A DNA stretch of 64,000 nucleotides from Octopus sinensis (Eukaryota). A model generated the notes under the pieces. It was not told the origin of the DNA and did no database searches. It saw only the letters and a program-made list of their open reading frames with translations. The position numbers and the translations under genes are program-made. Within the stretch, counting starts at the first letter, position 1, and each line of letters opens with the position of its first letter. This document shows, piece by piece, positions 37,901-46,596 of the stretch. The stretch is taken from assembly GCF_006345805.1 (NCBI RefSeq), contig NC_042997.1, positions 165,540,001 to 165,604,000 on the forward strand, given 5' to 3'.

Positions 37901-40625
37901 GGTTTCAGTACTATTTCTAGCAAGTTGAATACCTACATAGACACTCTTGCACTGGATTGCTCCTCTGCAGTTTCTGAGTTTATTCTTTTGTTCTTTTACT
38001 TGTTTTAGTCATTTGACTGCAGCCATGTTGGAGCACCACCTTTAGTCGAACAAATTGGCCCCAGGATTTATTCTTGGAAGTCTAGTACTTATTTTATCAG
38101 TCTTATTTACTGAACCATTAAGTTATAGGGACGTATACACACCAACATAGGTTGTGAAGCAATGGTGGGGAGGACAAACACTGATACACAAATACGTACA
38201 TATATATATGACGGGCTTCTTTCAGTTTCCGTCTACCAAGTCCACTCACAAGGCTTTGGTTGGCTTGGAAGCTATAGTAAAAGACACTTGCCCAGGGTGC
38301 CAAGCAGTGGGACTGAACCCAGAACCATGTGATTGGGAAGCAAGCTTCTTACCACACAACCACTCCTGCGCTGTTGAATAAAGTAAATAAATTTTTGTGA
38401 TGAAATAGTAATTTAATGAACAGCTTTTATTTTCACCTACCATTTGCTAAAGAAATATATATTATTGTCTTTCTACCATTCTTTAATGGTGTGTGCAGGA
38501 GGCTGGGGTTAGAATTCATCTTTTGAAGGTATACAATGACATAATTTCAAGCTTTTTCTTAATGTTGGATTTTCATATTTCTAAGAGCTTTACAAATTCT
38601 AGATTACCCCAGTCCATTTCATCTTGTGCTATAGATACATAAGGTTGACAACAAAGTATTTAGCCCAGTTTTGTCTTTCAGCCACTTAATATTATACAGA
38701 AGCTGGAGATAAGGTAGCTTTATCTTAGCTGTTCAACCAATTCTCATTTGGTTTGGCTTTATTGTCTCATCTCATGTTATGTTTAATTTTTATATCTCTC
38801 CTTCAACCTGAAAGTAACCAAGACATAATGCTTTACTTCATCCAAATTATGTCATTTATTTTCTTAGATGCTGCTGCTATTACTATAAAAAAAATCTCCC
38901 AGTGTGTCTCATTCTCTGTTAACCTTTTCATTTATTAAGTTTATTTTGTTCATGTAATAGTAGATAGAATATTCTATTAGTAATTTTACTCGTGTATCTA
39001 TCTTAAAATGAGCTGCTTGACGGAGGTCTGCGGAGGATGACATGACAACCTTGACTATTGGGATCAACTCAAAAAGCCCAGGCTTTGCTCCCTCCACTGC
39101 CGCTGTGAGCTCTATATCATCTGTATGATGTGGAAAATATTCCATCAACATTGTAAAACTGTATCGTCATCGTTGTCGCTATCATCATCATCATCTTGCT
39201 TTAATGGATTTGACATTCAGTATCAGGATTCTTCACTATATCATTTAGTATTCACTTTTCCATGTTTGCATGTATCTTCATCATCATCATCATCGTTTAA
39301 CGTCTGCTTTCCATGCTAGCATGGGTTGGACGATTTTGACTGAGGGCTGGCGAACCAGATGGTTGCACTAGTTTCCAATTTTGATTTGGCAGAGATTCTA
39401 CTGCTGGATGCCCTTCCTAGCGCCAACCACTCCAAGAATGTAATGGGCGCTTTTTACGTGCCACCGGCAGTGAATAAATTTGGCAAACTGAAACTGTAAA
39501 AAGCCAGTCATGCAATATATTTTTAGTGTGTTTGTGTGTGTGTGTTCTCAATTTCACATTTGCTCAGTGGTTTTAGACAAAACCACTGTTCATACAAGTG
39601 GTATAATTTGTTTGGCCTCTCTGGCCGTTGAGCTCTTTGTTGTTCAAAGTATCAGGATAAATGTTGTCTTGCTTGGAAACAGGCAATGGTTGGCAACAGG
39701 AAGAGAATCCAGCCTTCTGTTTTTCCATGCTAGCATTGGTTAGATGAATGAGGATTTTATTTGTGATAGTATTTTATTCCCAGATGCCTCTCCTGTCACT
39801 AACCTTTGCAGGCTTTTCAAGTAGTGGATGTTTTTCATTATATTGCTGCTCAGAAGCATTGGTTTGTTATTATGTCAACATAGGATGTAAGCATCATATT
39901 ACTGATTCACTTAAATGTCAACATGCAAAGCCATGAAATGCCAACATCTGCACACATACACACGTGCATGGGTACACACACATATACAAAGTCGAAGGGG
40001 AGATAATTTTATGAATTAAGAATGTCTCAAAGTTAATTTATATTCCTCGGAGAAAGAGAGTTTTATCTTTGTTTGTAAGAAGGGGGTGTAACTATGGACA
40101 TGTTTCAATCTATTAGATTTCATTAGCTTAAAATAGTCTACTAAATTCTGCTTGACAAAGATTTTTACATGAATTAATGATAATTTTTAGGCCAGTAATA
40201 TTTGTATAATTCAAAATCTTGTCAGGTCTTTTTTTTTTTTTCTTTTTTTGCAAATGCCATTCGATAGGGATCCCTAAAGAGATACAATAAGTTATTTTGT
40301 ATGTATCGCTCAATGACATTCTTAATACTTTTACTGAAAATTACTTTTCCTTTAACACCGTTTTACATATTTAACATATGGTTCTTAAATTTCTTTTGCA
40401 TTCATATACTGTTTTCTCTTACAGACACCACCTGAAAATAATGATATGTTTGAAATATTATCAATGGACAATGATACCCAAGAGACAGATGTATCTCCAT
40501 TTGTTCCTGGACCTATTGGTGCTGAAGGACCTTCTCCTTCTATATCAGATTTAGATGGCCTTGATGAAAACACTACTTCCATATCCAGTCCATTTCAATT
40601 GACTACTTCCGATCCAAATGGTTGA
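2..40625 (+). CDS. DNTTIP1: DNTTIP1 / TDIF1 orthologue (MiDAC subunit), multi-exon, 5'-incomplete; join(<2-2278,10133-10236,10791-10896,13213-13314,15884-15982,17007-17078,18535-18563,20068-20128,21343-21401,25205-25265,29031-29155,30550-30742,36353-36436,40425-40625 terminal exon)
   Basis: Spliced translation contains SLDLIRQNLQRFINKEIDHVIQDYLK-KFF, KKGRPP, EPLKREGPK-WDPERL..TLFVMGARANK-ALGFGATRGRLYIKHPELFK-YSGDQDDKQWL...HM...GGKAYILL..DI..LA..DEYR...VPLWMLEKMK. These match my recollection of human DNTTIP1 (KGRPP, EPIRREGPKWDPARL, GSRANKALGMGGTRGRIYIKHPHLFKY, LPSWMVEKM). All introns are GT-AG with matching phases. Confidence 0.95.
2609..2935 (-). mobile_element. RTE-LINE 3' end fragment with (GAT)n tail
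   Basis: (TCA)n run then atccgttttccatgc...ggttggacggttt...gctggatgcctttcctaatgcc; same as the 3' UTR of the long RTE copies. Confidence 0.8.
3270..4445 (+). mobile_element. Degenerate 5'-truncated RTE-clade LINE with (GAT)n tail
   Basis: CRKGVGRNSIRC, GRLYDACVQTAMLHGSETW; tail atgatgatgatgat at about 4430-4450. Confidence 0.8.
5333..5406 (+). ncRNA. Minimal type I hammerhead ribozyme motif in a Penelope-like terminal repeat remnant
   Basis: gataa-CTGAAGA-[hairpin with gtgg-attt-ccac]-GAAA-C-tcaga-GTT-ttatc; stem I gataa/ttatc; stem II base is imperfect. Confidence 0.55.
6638..6845 (+). mobile_element. tRNA-derived SINE family 2
   Basis: gctagcagaaacgttagc...gagttcaaattccgctgaggtcgactttgcctttcatc...aagtaccag. 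Further copies at about 7924-8120, 16222-16437, 42505-42722, 47083-47250 (+) and 52385-52557 (-). Confidence 0.85.
7095..7320 (-). mobile_element. SINE family 2, inverted relative to 6638-6845
   Basis: ggcaaagtcgacctcagcggaatttgaactcagaacg...ctgccagctcaccgcc. Confidence 0.88.
8562..8941 (-). mobile_element. tRNA-derived SINE family 1 (internal microsatellite)
   Basis: Head gcaggagtggctgtgtggt (A box), body cttgggcaagtgtcttctactatagcctcggg, tail cagtcaaatgactgaaacaagtaaaagag; the B-box region is deleted in this copy. Confidence 0.85.
9395..9660 (+). mobile_element. RTE-LINE 3' UTR fragment
   Basis: Repeated gtaaaaagcacc cores, gtggttggcattaggaaggg, ends acgttaaatggtgatgat. Confidence 0.75.
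9672..9724. repeat. (AT)n microsatellite
   Basis: Direct reading. Confidence 0.98.
10008..10098. repeat. (AT)n(AC)n compound microsatellite just upstream of the 10133 acceptor
   Basis: Direct reading. Confidence 0.97.
10133..10236 (+). CDS. DNTTIP1: DNTTIP1 exon PKPLSMRLQTLNNFPVSQAYKSAFRCHAGAISKA(K)
   Basis: Acceptor cttctatttcAG, donor AA|gtaaga; phase 0 in, phase 2 out, which fits the next exon. Confidence 0.8.
10791..10896 (+). CDS. DNTTIP1: DNTTIP1 exon (K)VACITSSTKSLDLIRQNLQRFINKEIDHVIQDYLK, dimerisation domain start
   Basis: Acceptor cttattttacaaattccAG, donor AAG|gtaagc; conserved SxDLxR..LQ..IN.EI..V...Y.K. Confidence 0.9.
11095..12862 (-). mobile_element. RTE-clade LINE (RT C-terminal region and 3' UTR), internally deleted
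   Basis: Minus-strand ORFs CGVQERRLRWYGHV...GRVRPKKTW and DQVMKVTKRVIAQLIRGRVSLDKVQFKFVPGRSTTDAIF; tail at about 11095. Confidence 0.9.
13213..13314 (+). CDS. DNTTIP1: DNTTIP1 exon KFFNPGIENIRFNNGLNAVKDEHVQSVCQKILEE
   Basis: actttacAG / GAG|gtttgt, 102 nt, phase 0/0; KFF...N...C...LE motif. Confidence 0.9.
13595..14289 (+). repeat. Two 72-bp direct repeats (13595-13666, 14218-14289) enclosing 2.5 tandem units of about 125-135 bp (13846, 13971, 14106)
   Basis: gacatccccaagtgagaagtgggctgttccact...gcaagcaggatcagt versus gacacccccaagtgagaagtaggctgttccaca...gcaagcagggtcagt; units start ct(a/g)t(g/a)tgtt(a/g)gtag and full units end ggatttaagtcaggtca. Confidence 0.85.
14480..15430 (+). mobile_element. 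Degenerate L1/Tx1-type LINE ORF1 (RRM-like region, CCHC knuckle, E/K-rich coil)
   Basis: STVEVRFTSEEEA; GRPPICNLCGKKGHMKVRCP = CX2CX4HX4C at 15033-15074; scattered stops. Confidence 0.7.
15884..15982 (+). CDS. DNTTIP1: DNTTIP1 exon AKKMYVPDRQNIKYDKAPVENVSQLITAGSSKR
   Basis: Long pyrimidine tract plus cAG, donor CGA|gtaagt, 99 nt, phase 0/0. Confidence 0.88.
17007..17078 (+). CDS. DNTTIP1: DNTTIP1 exon STVNRKRRSSDTDSDIAIPVQKKK
   Basis: ttttatttcAG / AAG|gtaaag, 72 nt, phase 0/0; basic NLS-like. Confidence 0.85.
18535..18563 (+). CDS. DNTTIP1: DNTTIP1 micro-exon KKGRPPTHS(G), AT-hook-like GRP motif
   Basis: ttttcacAG / GG|gtaagt, 29 nt; KGRPP matches the human protein. Confidence 0.88.
18666..18890 (+). 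mobile_element. About 220-bp piggyBac-like MITE
   Basis: ccctttcgttac ... ggtaataaaagggTTAA. Related copies at about 9065-9268, 10405-10600 and 19145-19320. Confidence 0.55.
20068..20128 (+). CDS. DNTTIP1: DNTTIP1 exon (G)RVTPQKSMRSVEPLKREGPK
   Basis: tttcttAG / AAG|gtaagc, phase 2 in, phase 0 out. Confidence 0.9.
20612..21060 (+). mobile_element. Two head-to-tail SINE family 2 copies
   Basis: Heads gagctggcagaattgttagc (about 20620) and aagctggcagaaccattagc (about 20848), each with body and tail. Confidence 0.8.
21343..21401 (+). CDS. DNTTIP1: DNTTIP1 exon WDPERLISETLFVMGARAN(K)
   Basis: ttttaatttcAG / AA|gtaagt; conserved WDP.RL...T.FV.G.RANK. Confidence 0.95.
21540..23862 (+). mobile_element. 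RTE-clade LINE, 5'-truncated, reverse transcriptase pseudo-ORF, 3' UTR and (GAT) tail
   Basis: KTGKPPGPSGI, NYRGLKLLDQAMKV, FIDMEKAFDRVP, (Y)ADDL, CRKGVGGNSIRCTLCKLWIHKRCS, RGRPRRIW; stops and frameshifts. Confidence 0.95.
25205..25265 (+). CDS. DNTTIP1: DNTTIP1 exon (K)ALGFGATRGRLYIKHPELFK
   Basis: Poly-pyrimidine tract plus ttAG / AAA|gtaagt; highly conserved motif. Confidence 0.97.
26169..26590 (+). mobile_element. SINE family 1, full length
   Basis: A box tggctgtatgg, B box gggttcattccc, (TA)(TG) microsatellite, conserved tail. Confidence 0.9.
26735..27245 (+). mobile_element. 3' end of a second non-LTR element encoding three C2H2 zinc fingers (one in-frame TGA)
   Basis: DRSRWRRIVHEG..FE; CNVCARPCLSKAGLKSHLRSH; CRACGRECNSAGGLK*RAKVH; CQFCTRHCRSLAGLKSHIRSQH then TAA 27207-27209. 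Confidence 0.75.
27869..28957 (-). mobile_element. Tc1/mariner-superfamily (maT/DD37D-like) internally deleted element interrupted by a SINE
   Basis: TA flanks; TIR tacagggtgttcaggctaaatttgac versus the reverse complement of atcaaatttagtctgaacattcttta; transposase remnants SSHTARKSQL and NFWPPNS..NSIDYNVWG. Confidence 0.8.
28220..28440 (+). mobile_element. SINE family 2 nested in the maT-like transposase
   Basis: Flanked by aaattgggg / aaatatgggg (imperfect TSD) within the ..SP|NFWPP codons. Confidence 0.85.
29031..29155 (+). CDS. DNTTIP1: DNTTIP1 exon YSGDQDDKQWLFDNHHMPAIGGKAYILLYNDIENLANTDEY(R)
   Basis: ttctttacAG / CG|gtaagt. Confidence 0.95.
30550..30742 (+). CDS. DNTTIP1: DNTTIP1 exon (R)ENPNVILTELVLFKVPLWMLEKMKIQMNALRTDLPK...PAVVQ
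   Basis: attctacAG / CAG|gtaaat; end of conserved domain (P.WM.EKM). Confidence 0.93.
31290..32030 (+). mobile_element. Old RTE-clade RT fragment
   Basis: LEKVFDRLP-like segment, MQDIYRDANNEFSEEFSLKVGVHQDLVLSLLLFTIVLQ, ELLYVDEL. Confidence 0.7.
32020..32480 (-). mobile_element. RTE 3' end with duplicated ORF-end/UTR unit
   Basis: catcatcatcatttaatgtccgc tail; the ORF-end motif gacctttggcgatatactgtg recurs after UTR repeat cores. Confidence 0.75.
32840..33240 (+). mobile_element. Old RTE-clade ORF2 C-terminal fragment
   Basis: LYDA...KLERDEVSML.W.CNVS...STNELRENLGIRG-like translation. Confidence 0.6.
33746..33840. repeat. (CT)n/(CTCA)n microsatellite
   Basis: Direct reading. Confidence 0.97.
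34297..34378 (+). other. Candidate 82-nt exon with early stop (VAELDK*): poison/alternative exon or frameshifted assembly
   Basis: Acceptor gtttgcatgtctttatAG, donor GAAAG|gtaact; length is 3n+1; TAA at 34315-34317 in the upstream frame. Confidence 0.45.
36353..36436 (+). CDS. DNTTIP1: DNTTIP1 penultimate exon candidate SSSSTEVLASKLPFTRFLYDDSIKPVCE
   Basis: tctcttctatattatAG / GAG|gtaaat, 84 nt, phase 0/0, open; no homology support. Confidence 0.65.
37185..37498 (+). mobile_element. Mariner internal-deletion derivative (about 314 bp) with ITRs and transposase C-terminus
   Basis: TA|TTGGGTCATCCCATAA ... TTATGGGATGACCTAG|TA (14/16 inverted match); DYHWFRSLQNHL...FVDRWKEVIDNQGKYIDD*. Confidence 0.9.
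37985..38370 (-). mobile_element. SINE family 1, full length
   Basis: Same head, body and tail in reverse. Confidence 0.85.
38979..39153 (+). mobile_element. Partial copy of the Helentron-type/CR1 chimera
   Basis: Nearly identical to 43051-43227, including the junction ggtctgcg|gaggatgacatgacaa. Confidence 0.8.
40425..40625 (+). CDS. DNTTIP1: DNTTIP1 terminal coding exon TPPENNDMFEILSMDND...TTSDPNG*
   Basis: gttttctcttacAG, phase 0, 66 sense codons then TGA; coding-like composition followed by T-rich 3'UTR-like sequence. Confidence 0.75.
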   Translation, partial: TPPENNDMFEILSMDNDTQETDVSPFVPGPIGAEGPSPSISDLDGLDENTTSISSPFQLTTSDPNG

Positions 40626-41842
40626 ATTTTTTTTTGCTTATTTTTTTTGTTGTTTTTTTTTTCCATTGAGTGATCCTCTTGGTTGACTCCTAACAAAAAG
40701 CACCAACTTCAGTCACAATTAAACTGACTGACTGATCCTATTTTTCTAAATTTATTCAAAGTTCATGTTGGTGCTATCATGTTTTCTATGCTATGGATCT
40801 AAATGGAACTGACTTGGGACTCAGGGCTGCAACTGACATCAACAAACTCCTGCATATTTAGTGTGCGATGAAATTCAATATGAAGTCTATGATAATCTCT
40901 TATCTCCATGCAGCCGTTGTTGGGTGATCACAAGCATAAAACAAACTTTTGAAAAGACAGAACAAATTTTGTTTCTCTCCTATTTGTAATTATTGTTTCC
41001 TGTGTACTCAAGTTTAATCTTAACCTTTTATTGAAAGACAAAGAAAAAATATGCCTTTATTTTTAAAATTCTATTTTCTTTCTAGGAAAAAAATATTGTA
41101 ATTAATAGGCATGCAGACTTTTGGGAAAAAGCATTTTTAAGCAACTGTTGTTTGTTTTATATTTTATCTCTAAAATGATATATAAAAGAAATGAAATGAA
41201 TATTGTTTTTAAATATTTGTTTTAAATTGTTTTTCTTTTCCATATTATTTGAGGTAGGACAAAGATTTTACTTTGAACATATTAACTTTTACAGAGTTTG
41301 CTATTTACCACTTCAGAAGAAGCCAGAAGATATATTTGTTGTAATAGTCTCAAAGAAAAAAGAAAAGAAAGAAAGCAATGAAAATATTAAACCTACTGAT
41401 AGAGCTTCATACTTAAGCACTTACACTTGTATATTACAAGACACAAAAGAGCAAATACCATTTGAAGCATTAAATTGAATGAAAAAAATTTAACGAACAG
41501 CATTCCATCATTTGCAAATGTTGTGAGCCAAAAGGAACCTCTCTAAGAGAAGGATGCACAAGGTGTCAAAAAAGACAACAGTCTCATTTCTTTCTTTTTT
41601 TTAAATGATTAATCAGAAAGAAAGGCAGTTCCAGTAACCCTTTTCAGAAACTCCAAGGCTGGTGGGAGGAAGATATCTTCAAACTGAAGACCTAGCCCAA
41701 ATGCTTGCAGGAGAATAGACTCCATTGAAAGTACTCAAAGGCTAGGAGGTAGTGTTAAAGATTAACAACTTATCTAGAAATAACAAGGAGAAAGGTAATA
41801 TACCTTTGTTTATCAATAAAATAAAAAGAGAAGAAAACTATA

Positions 41843-42200
41843 GTGGGTTTCCAGATACCCTCAAAAGCAGAGTTGGAAGAAGGCCTGGCTAATGTATTGT
41901 TACAGGGCAGACCATATGGGAGCATGTGCCTCATTTTTAAGACTGAGGAGACAGGCAGATCTGTAGTACCCCATACCTGTTCTCATACTGATGCAATGGA
42001 AGTATTATATCCAGAGATATTTGTATTGATGTTGACTTGTCATTATCTTTGTGACATCATATAGGCAAGTGGTTCACATGGAGATGACATATGGTTAGGC
42101 AGATTCTGATAGTCTCTGAAGGCTATGAGGCTATTCTTCGACTATACCCCTAAACTCTATTAAAAGTTTCAAAAAGGATATGAGTCTGCCTGTTGATATC
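41843..42200 (+). mobile_element. Possible second degenerate LINE ORF1 remnant
   Basis: IPSKAELEEGL...SMCLIFKTEE loosely resembles the 14.5-kb ORF1 RRM; many stops. Confidence 0.3.
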
Positions 42201-42724
42201 AAGTCGATAGCTTAGTTACTACACGTGTAGTGGTAGTTAAAGCCAGTCAAGGAACTTGTAATTAGAAGAGCAAAAAAAAAACAGAGAGAGAGGTCAGCAA
42301 ATATGAGGAACAATTCCAACAAATTCCAGAAGTGAAGACCATGGCTAATATCATCACTTTTTCCAGAATATCACCAGTCTTAGCTTCTGAAGAAAAGGAA
42401 ATCCATTTGTATTAAATGTGTGCAGATATATGTATATTATGTACATCTCTACACATACTTTGCATTGTATGTATTGGACCATGTGGTCAATAAAAGAATA
42501 ATTATAGAGTGGTGTATTGACAGAACTGTTAGAGCATAGGAAAAGATACCTTGTGGTATTTCTTCCAACCCTTTACATTCTGTGTTCAAATCCTACCAAA
42601 GTTAAATTTGTCTTTAATCCCTCCAGGGTTGATAAAATAAAGTACCAGTCATGTAGTGGGGTGGGATGGGTCAGTGGTATTGACTAATCTTCTCTCCCTC
42701 AAAATTCTATCAAATTTTGAAACA

Positions 42725-43103
42725 ATTATTACCGCTGCCAAGGAAGGAGGTTATGTTTTCGTCGGCGTTGGTTTGTCCGTCTGTGTGCAAAATAACTCAA
42801 AAAGATGTGAATGGTATTTGATGAAACTTGCAGGAAAAGTTGCTAATGACACAAGGAACAGATGATGAAATTTTGGTAGTGGTCCAGGAATATTTATGGA
42901 TTCTTGAAGGATTTTTCATTTGTTATATTTACTTTACATGAAGTATACAATGTTATGTTCTTTGATTATCTCCCTTGAAAACACGTTCATCGTTTCCACG
43001 TAAACTATAGTGGCGTTGCTGTTTCCAAAGTTTATTTTCGTTTATCTATAAGTAATTTTACTCATGTATCTATCTTAAAATGAGCTACTTGGCAGAGGTC
43101 TGC
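42725..43103 (+). mobile_element. Helentron-type (DINE-1/HINE-like) non-autonomous element
   Basis: ttattACCGCTGCCAAGgaaggaggttatgtttt ... CTTGGCAGAGGTctgcg: 11/12 subterminal inverted repeat (42731-42742 / 43088-43099). Confidence 0.65.
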
Positions 43104-43590
43104 GGAGGATGACATGACAAGCCTTGACTATTTGGATCAACTCAAAAAGCTCAGGCTTTGCTCCCTCCACCGCCGCTGTGAGCTCTATATCATCTGTATG
43201 ATGTGGAAAATATTCCATCAACATTGCCCATCTTTAAAATTTGTCCGAGGCTTGGACCTCGTGCCATCCGTCCACTACAGAAATGTTTGTAGTGTATCAC
43301 AACACTATGACAGAACTATTTCACCTCAATTAGCCCTGCTCTCTTCAACATCGTGCCAGACACATAAAGGAGGAAAGTGACTTCACGGTATTCAAACGAT
43401 CCCTAGATGATTACCCCCAACAAATACCAGATAAACCACCCACACCCAGATATGTCTCTGAAAACAATAACCCTCTGCTTGAATGGGTTACGGTTCCCCA
43501 GAGCTGACCGTGTATCTCTTCCAGGTGGTGCTATTAAATTAGACATGGCCTGAGTCAACTTCGGCCGAAACTTATCTAAGTAATCTAATC
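43104..43590 (+). mobile_element. CR1-clade LINE 3' end
   Basis: LDYLDQLKKLRLCSLHRRCELYIICMMWKI; LFNIVP..IK....FKRSLD..IPDKP....NPLLEW; short repeat tail tatctaag-taatctaa. Confidence 0.8.
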
Positions 43591-43956
43591 AATGCTGTAA
43601 CCTTTTAATCAAAGCATCACAACATGGGTAGAGGCTGATATCTTAACATTTCTAATGGTCTTAAGTATAAAAAAAATTATTAAAGATTTATATAGAACTA
43701 CATTCAGAGTATGTCTATAAGTTATTGTGTTTAGACCTGGTTTCTATCCTAAAACTTCTGTTTTGTAGATGCAATTTTTTTTATTTTTTAATAAAGCACT
43801 CTGAAATTAGAAAAATCAAAAATCTGCAACAAACTCCATCCCATGAGTATCGGATAATGGATTTTCAAGTGAGTAAATAAATTGATTGTGGTTTTGACAG
43901 TGATTGTGGTGAAAGCAGAGATAGTATTGATGATGACGATGGTCAGGATACGTATG

Positions 43957-44077
43957 GGAGGAAGTTATGTTTTTGCCAGCGTTGGTTTGGGAAATTGGGC
44001 GATTTTCCACATGCATGTATATGGGTGGAAATAAACTGCTTCGCGGAGGTCTGTGCTCTGTGAATGCTTTTCTACTT
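43957..44077 (+). mobile_element. Short internally deleted HINE-like copy
   Basis: ggaggaagttatgttttgccagcgttggtttg ... cttcgcggaggtctgtgctctgtgaatgcttttctact. Confidence 0.55.
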
Positions 44078-44105
44078 ATAATTATTGTCACCGGTTTGAT
44101 TTCCA

Positions 44106-44494
44106 CTCATTTTACTCTTTTACTTGTTTCAGTCATTTGACTGCGGCCTTTAATCGAGCAACTCGACCCCAGGACTTATTCTTTTGTAAGCCCAGTACTT
44201 ATTCTATCGGTCTCTTTTGCCGAACCGCTAAGTAACGGGGACATGAACACACCAGCATCGGTTGTCAAGCAATGCTAGGGGGACAAACACAGACACACAA
44301 ACACACACACGCATATATATATACATATATATGACGGGCTTCTTTCAGTTTCCATCTACCAAATCCACTCACAAGGCTTTGGTCGGCCCAAGGCTATAGT
44401 AGAAGACACTTGCCCAAGGTGCCACGCAGTGGGACTGAACCCGGAACCATGTGGTTGGTAAACAAGCTACTTACCACATAGCCACTCCTGCACC
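44106..44494 (-). mobile_element. SINE family 1, full length, young
   Basis: gggactgaacccggaaccatgtggttggta...cactcctgc. Confidence 0.9.
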
Positions 44495-44879
44495 TATTTT
44501 TACTTATTTTTGCTAAAATTTTTGTTGTGTCTTGCAACCTTTTCAATAGTTGTTGACTCTGTCCATTATCAGAGTGTTCTTTTTCTTTATTTGTGCACAA
44601 GTGTATACATGTATGTATGTGTATGCATGTGTTTACGTTTGTATGTATTCTGTTTATTCATGTGTTTGTGTGTGTACTTCTGTCTCCTTATGTGTCTATG
44701 TGTATGGTTTTGTGTGACTATGTACATGCATCTCTTATGTATGGTTGTGTGTTTCCATATGTGTGCTTGTGTGTGCTTGTCTGTCCATATTACCTATATA
44801 CTTATCTATCTCTCAATCTGTCTGTTTACTTTCATATCCATTTACCTAAACACATATATATAGACCACCCACCATCACC

Positions 44880-46212
44880 TCGGCAGTGAAGAAAAGCACC
44901 ACAGAGCACTGGAGTGGCTGGACCATACCCACCCAGGATGCTGAGGACAACAGTCAGGTGAAAAGAATGACTGCACTTGCAATAGGGGCTAGCATAAGAA
45001 CCACATAGTAAAATTTAACAGGACACTATACATGTAGGTTCAAGATGCAACCATTGGTGTCAGTGTGGCTGGAGATGTGGCCAGCCTCTTCATGACCTGG
45101 TGAGACAGAAAACTTAAACAATACTTAGCAGAACAATCCACAACTGTTTTGCTTTACTGTTGGTATGTAGATAACATTAATATTCTAGTTAGGACAAACT
45201 CTAATAACTGTAATGTTGAAACCGAGTGGGGCATAATGGAGAGTCTCCAGCATGTAGCTAACTCTATCCACCAAAGTATCAAGGTAACTATAGATTACCC
45301 CACTAGACACCCTAACAATAAACTCCCTGTCCTTGATACTGAACTTTAGTTAAAGACAGTGAACAACAGAGTGCAGCTCCTCCACTCTTATTACATGAAG
45401 CCCATAGCTTATAAATATGTTGTTCACAAGAACTCAACTTTGTCACAAAACATGAAAATCAACATACTGATAGCAGACTTAGTTATGATAATGAACAATG
45501 TGTCCCCACTATGCAGACCCTAAGAAACAAAGAAACATGTACAGAACTTCATGCAATTCTCTAGATATAATCAGAAAAATAGGGTTCGGGTATACAGGGG
45601 AGCTAGAAAGAAGTTAGATAGCATTATATATAATGAAACCAATGGTATCTGCTCTAATAGAAGTAAAGACTGGAATACGACACAAAGAGTTTGTCACAAA
45701 AGCAAACAGAGTGAACACTTGGTACAAGACTGACAAATATCAAAAAGTGATGTTTGTAGAGGCTGAAGCCCATGGAGAACTAGCCCAAATGTTTCGGAAA
45801 GCTCTGAAGGAGGCTAAACTTTATATTAAGATCGTTGAAAAGCCAGGGAGCTCCAACAGATCACAACTATGTAGGACATACCACTTTGAGAATACCACAT
45901 GCACCAATGACAACTGCATAGTATGTAAGATTTAACCTTGGCATTAACTGTAGAACTAGAAATGTAGTCTACAGCATAAGGTGCATAGAGGGTGTTTGTA
46001 AAGACAAGAACATGACAATAATTGGTGAGACATCTAGAAGCATTGCAGAGAGACTAAATGAACATTTGAGACAATATGGTGACAAAAAACAGTCCACTAT
46101 ACTCTACCAACATGGAGGTGCACTGGGTCAACATGACATCTGCATTTTATCCAAGCTTTCGAAGGACTCAACACTCAGACAAATAGAGGAGTACGTCCTC
46201 AGTAGTAAATAG
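44880..46212 (+). mobile_element. Penelope-like element remnant (RT C-terminal part and GIY-YIG endonuclease)
   Basis: IGVSVAGDVASLFM, WYVDNI..NSIHQSIKVTIDYP...LPVLD, C..DNC.VC, NVVYSIRC...IIGETSRSIAERLNEH. Confidence 0.85.
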
Positions 46213-46289
46213 GAAATATGGATAGAAGGTAGTCATACTACAATACCCACAGTTTATATATACACTGGTAGAGTTGTTAGTAGGCTGTT

Positions 46290-46596
46290 ATCATCATCAT
46301 CATCATCATCATTTAGCGTCCGTTCTCCATGCTAGCATGGGTTGGACGGTTCAACTGGGGTCTGTGAAGCTGGAAGGCTTCATCAGGCCCAGTCAGATCT
46401 GGCAGTGTTTCTACGGCTGGATGCCCTTCCTAACGCCAACCACTCCGTGAGTGTAGTGGGTGCTTTTTACGTGCCACCCGCACAGGTGCCAGACAGAGCT
46501 GGCAAACGGCCATGAACGGATGGTGCTTTTACGTGTCACCGGCACGGGGGCCAGGCGAGGCTGGCAACGGACACGAACGGATGGTGCTTTTACGTG
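46290..46596 (-). mobile_element. Young RTE 3' UTR copy with (GAT)n tail
   Basis: (CAT)n at about 46290, gctagcatgggttggacgg, three ggtgctttttacgtg cores. Confidence 0.85.
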
